Shown: positions 63,512 to 64,000 of the stretch, piece by piece
How the letters are laid out: every line of letters begins with the position of its first letter
How positions within the stretch are numbered: the first letter of the stretch is position 1
Assembly (NCBI RefSeq): GCF_031769215.1
Contig: NW_026782185.1
Span: 310,001-374,000, forward strand
DNA length: 64,000 nt
From: Ylistrum balloti
Taxonomy: Eukaryota
Reading direction: 5' to 3'
Made by a program: the position numbers and the translations under genes
The notes under the pieces: model-generated
What the model saw: the letters and a program-made list of their open reading frames with translations, nothing else
Database searches by the model: none
What the model was told of the DNA's origin: nothing

Positions 63512-64000
63512 GGTCACCTGAGACTAAGTCTCATGGTAACCTGTTGCGATACCATTCTGTCCGGCGTCGTCCGTCTTCAAGTGTCCGTCTGTCCATAAAC
63601 ATATGACATTTTATTACTTTTTCTTTATTCCTTTATATGGTCCCCATCCCAAGGGGCGAGAGGAGAGGGGTAAAAAAAGGGCTAAATTGACTGAAATTTT
63701 AAAATCTTCTCGATACCAAAATATGGTAGAACCAAATTCTCATCGCGGATGGAATTGCACTAAATAAGATGCTTTACCATATTTGTAAATTTCATGACCC
63801 CAAGGTCTCTTATTTCGCTCTGGGGAGTGAGTAAAGTTTACTATATATGTATACATACATTTTTACCCTGGCTGACTTACCGGGGCGGATGGATGGGGCC
63901 AAAAAAGAATCCAATTGACAAAAAGTTTTGAAATATGGTAGAATAAGATACTAAACATAGATGGAAGGGTCTTGAGGTACCTTGCCCTTGCTAACCCCCA
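63512..64000 (+). mobile_element. Helentron/HINE-like non-autonomous element in gene E intron 2 (truncated by window end)
   Basis: 5' hairpin ggtcacctgagactaagtctcatggtaacc, then a gtccggcgtcgtccgtc...gtccgtctgtcc microsatellite-like tract and internally repeated gggg..aaaa..aattgac..aaa..tatggtagaa blocks. This is the layout of oyster Helentron-derived repeats (from recall). Confidence 0.55.

Overview
AT-rich eukaryotic (metazoan) genomic DNA. The repeat content (Penelope-like RT relic, minimal type-I hammerhead motifs, Helentron-like element, V-SINE-like relic) points to a bivalve mollusc, probably oyster-like; this is inference. The window is dominated by a tandem cluster of five paralogous sodium:solute symporter genes of the SLC5A5/6/8/12 (NIS/SMVT/SMCT) clade, called A-E here. 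A (3422-15180) and B (17629-27948) are on the minus strand; C (33776-44051), D (47392-56926) and the first two exons of E (61052-63475, running off the window) are on the plus strand. I reconstructed all 16 coding exons of A-D by hand. All have GT-AG boundaries, matching phases and open frames of 618, 618, 619 and 609 aa. Introns and spacers hold gene-private minisatellites (50, 29, 49, 20/40, 48, 38, 26 bp units), a Tc1 fossil shared by C and D, and other TE relics. Two signals flank the 89-nt exon 9 of gene A. Upstream, intron 8 carries a sense-strand tandem of 45-nt hammerhead-ribozyme units, one with a fully intact catalytic core. Downstream, intron 9 is almost entirely a ~63-copy array of the exon's own 5' splice junction. 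Gene D also looks like a gene-conversion mosaic: E-like upstream region, C-like exon 1. No prokaryotic features, CRISPR arrays, rRNA or intact tRNA genes were found.
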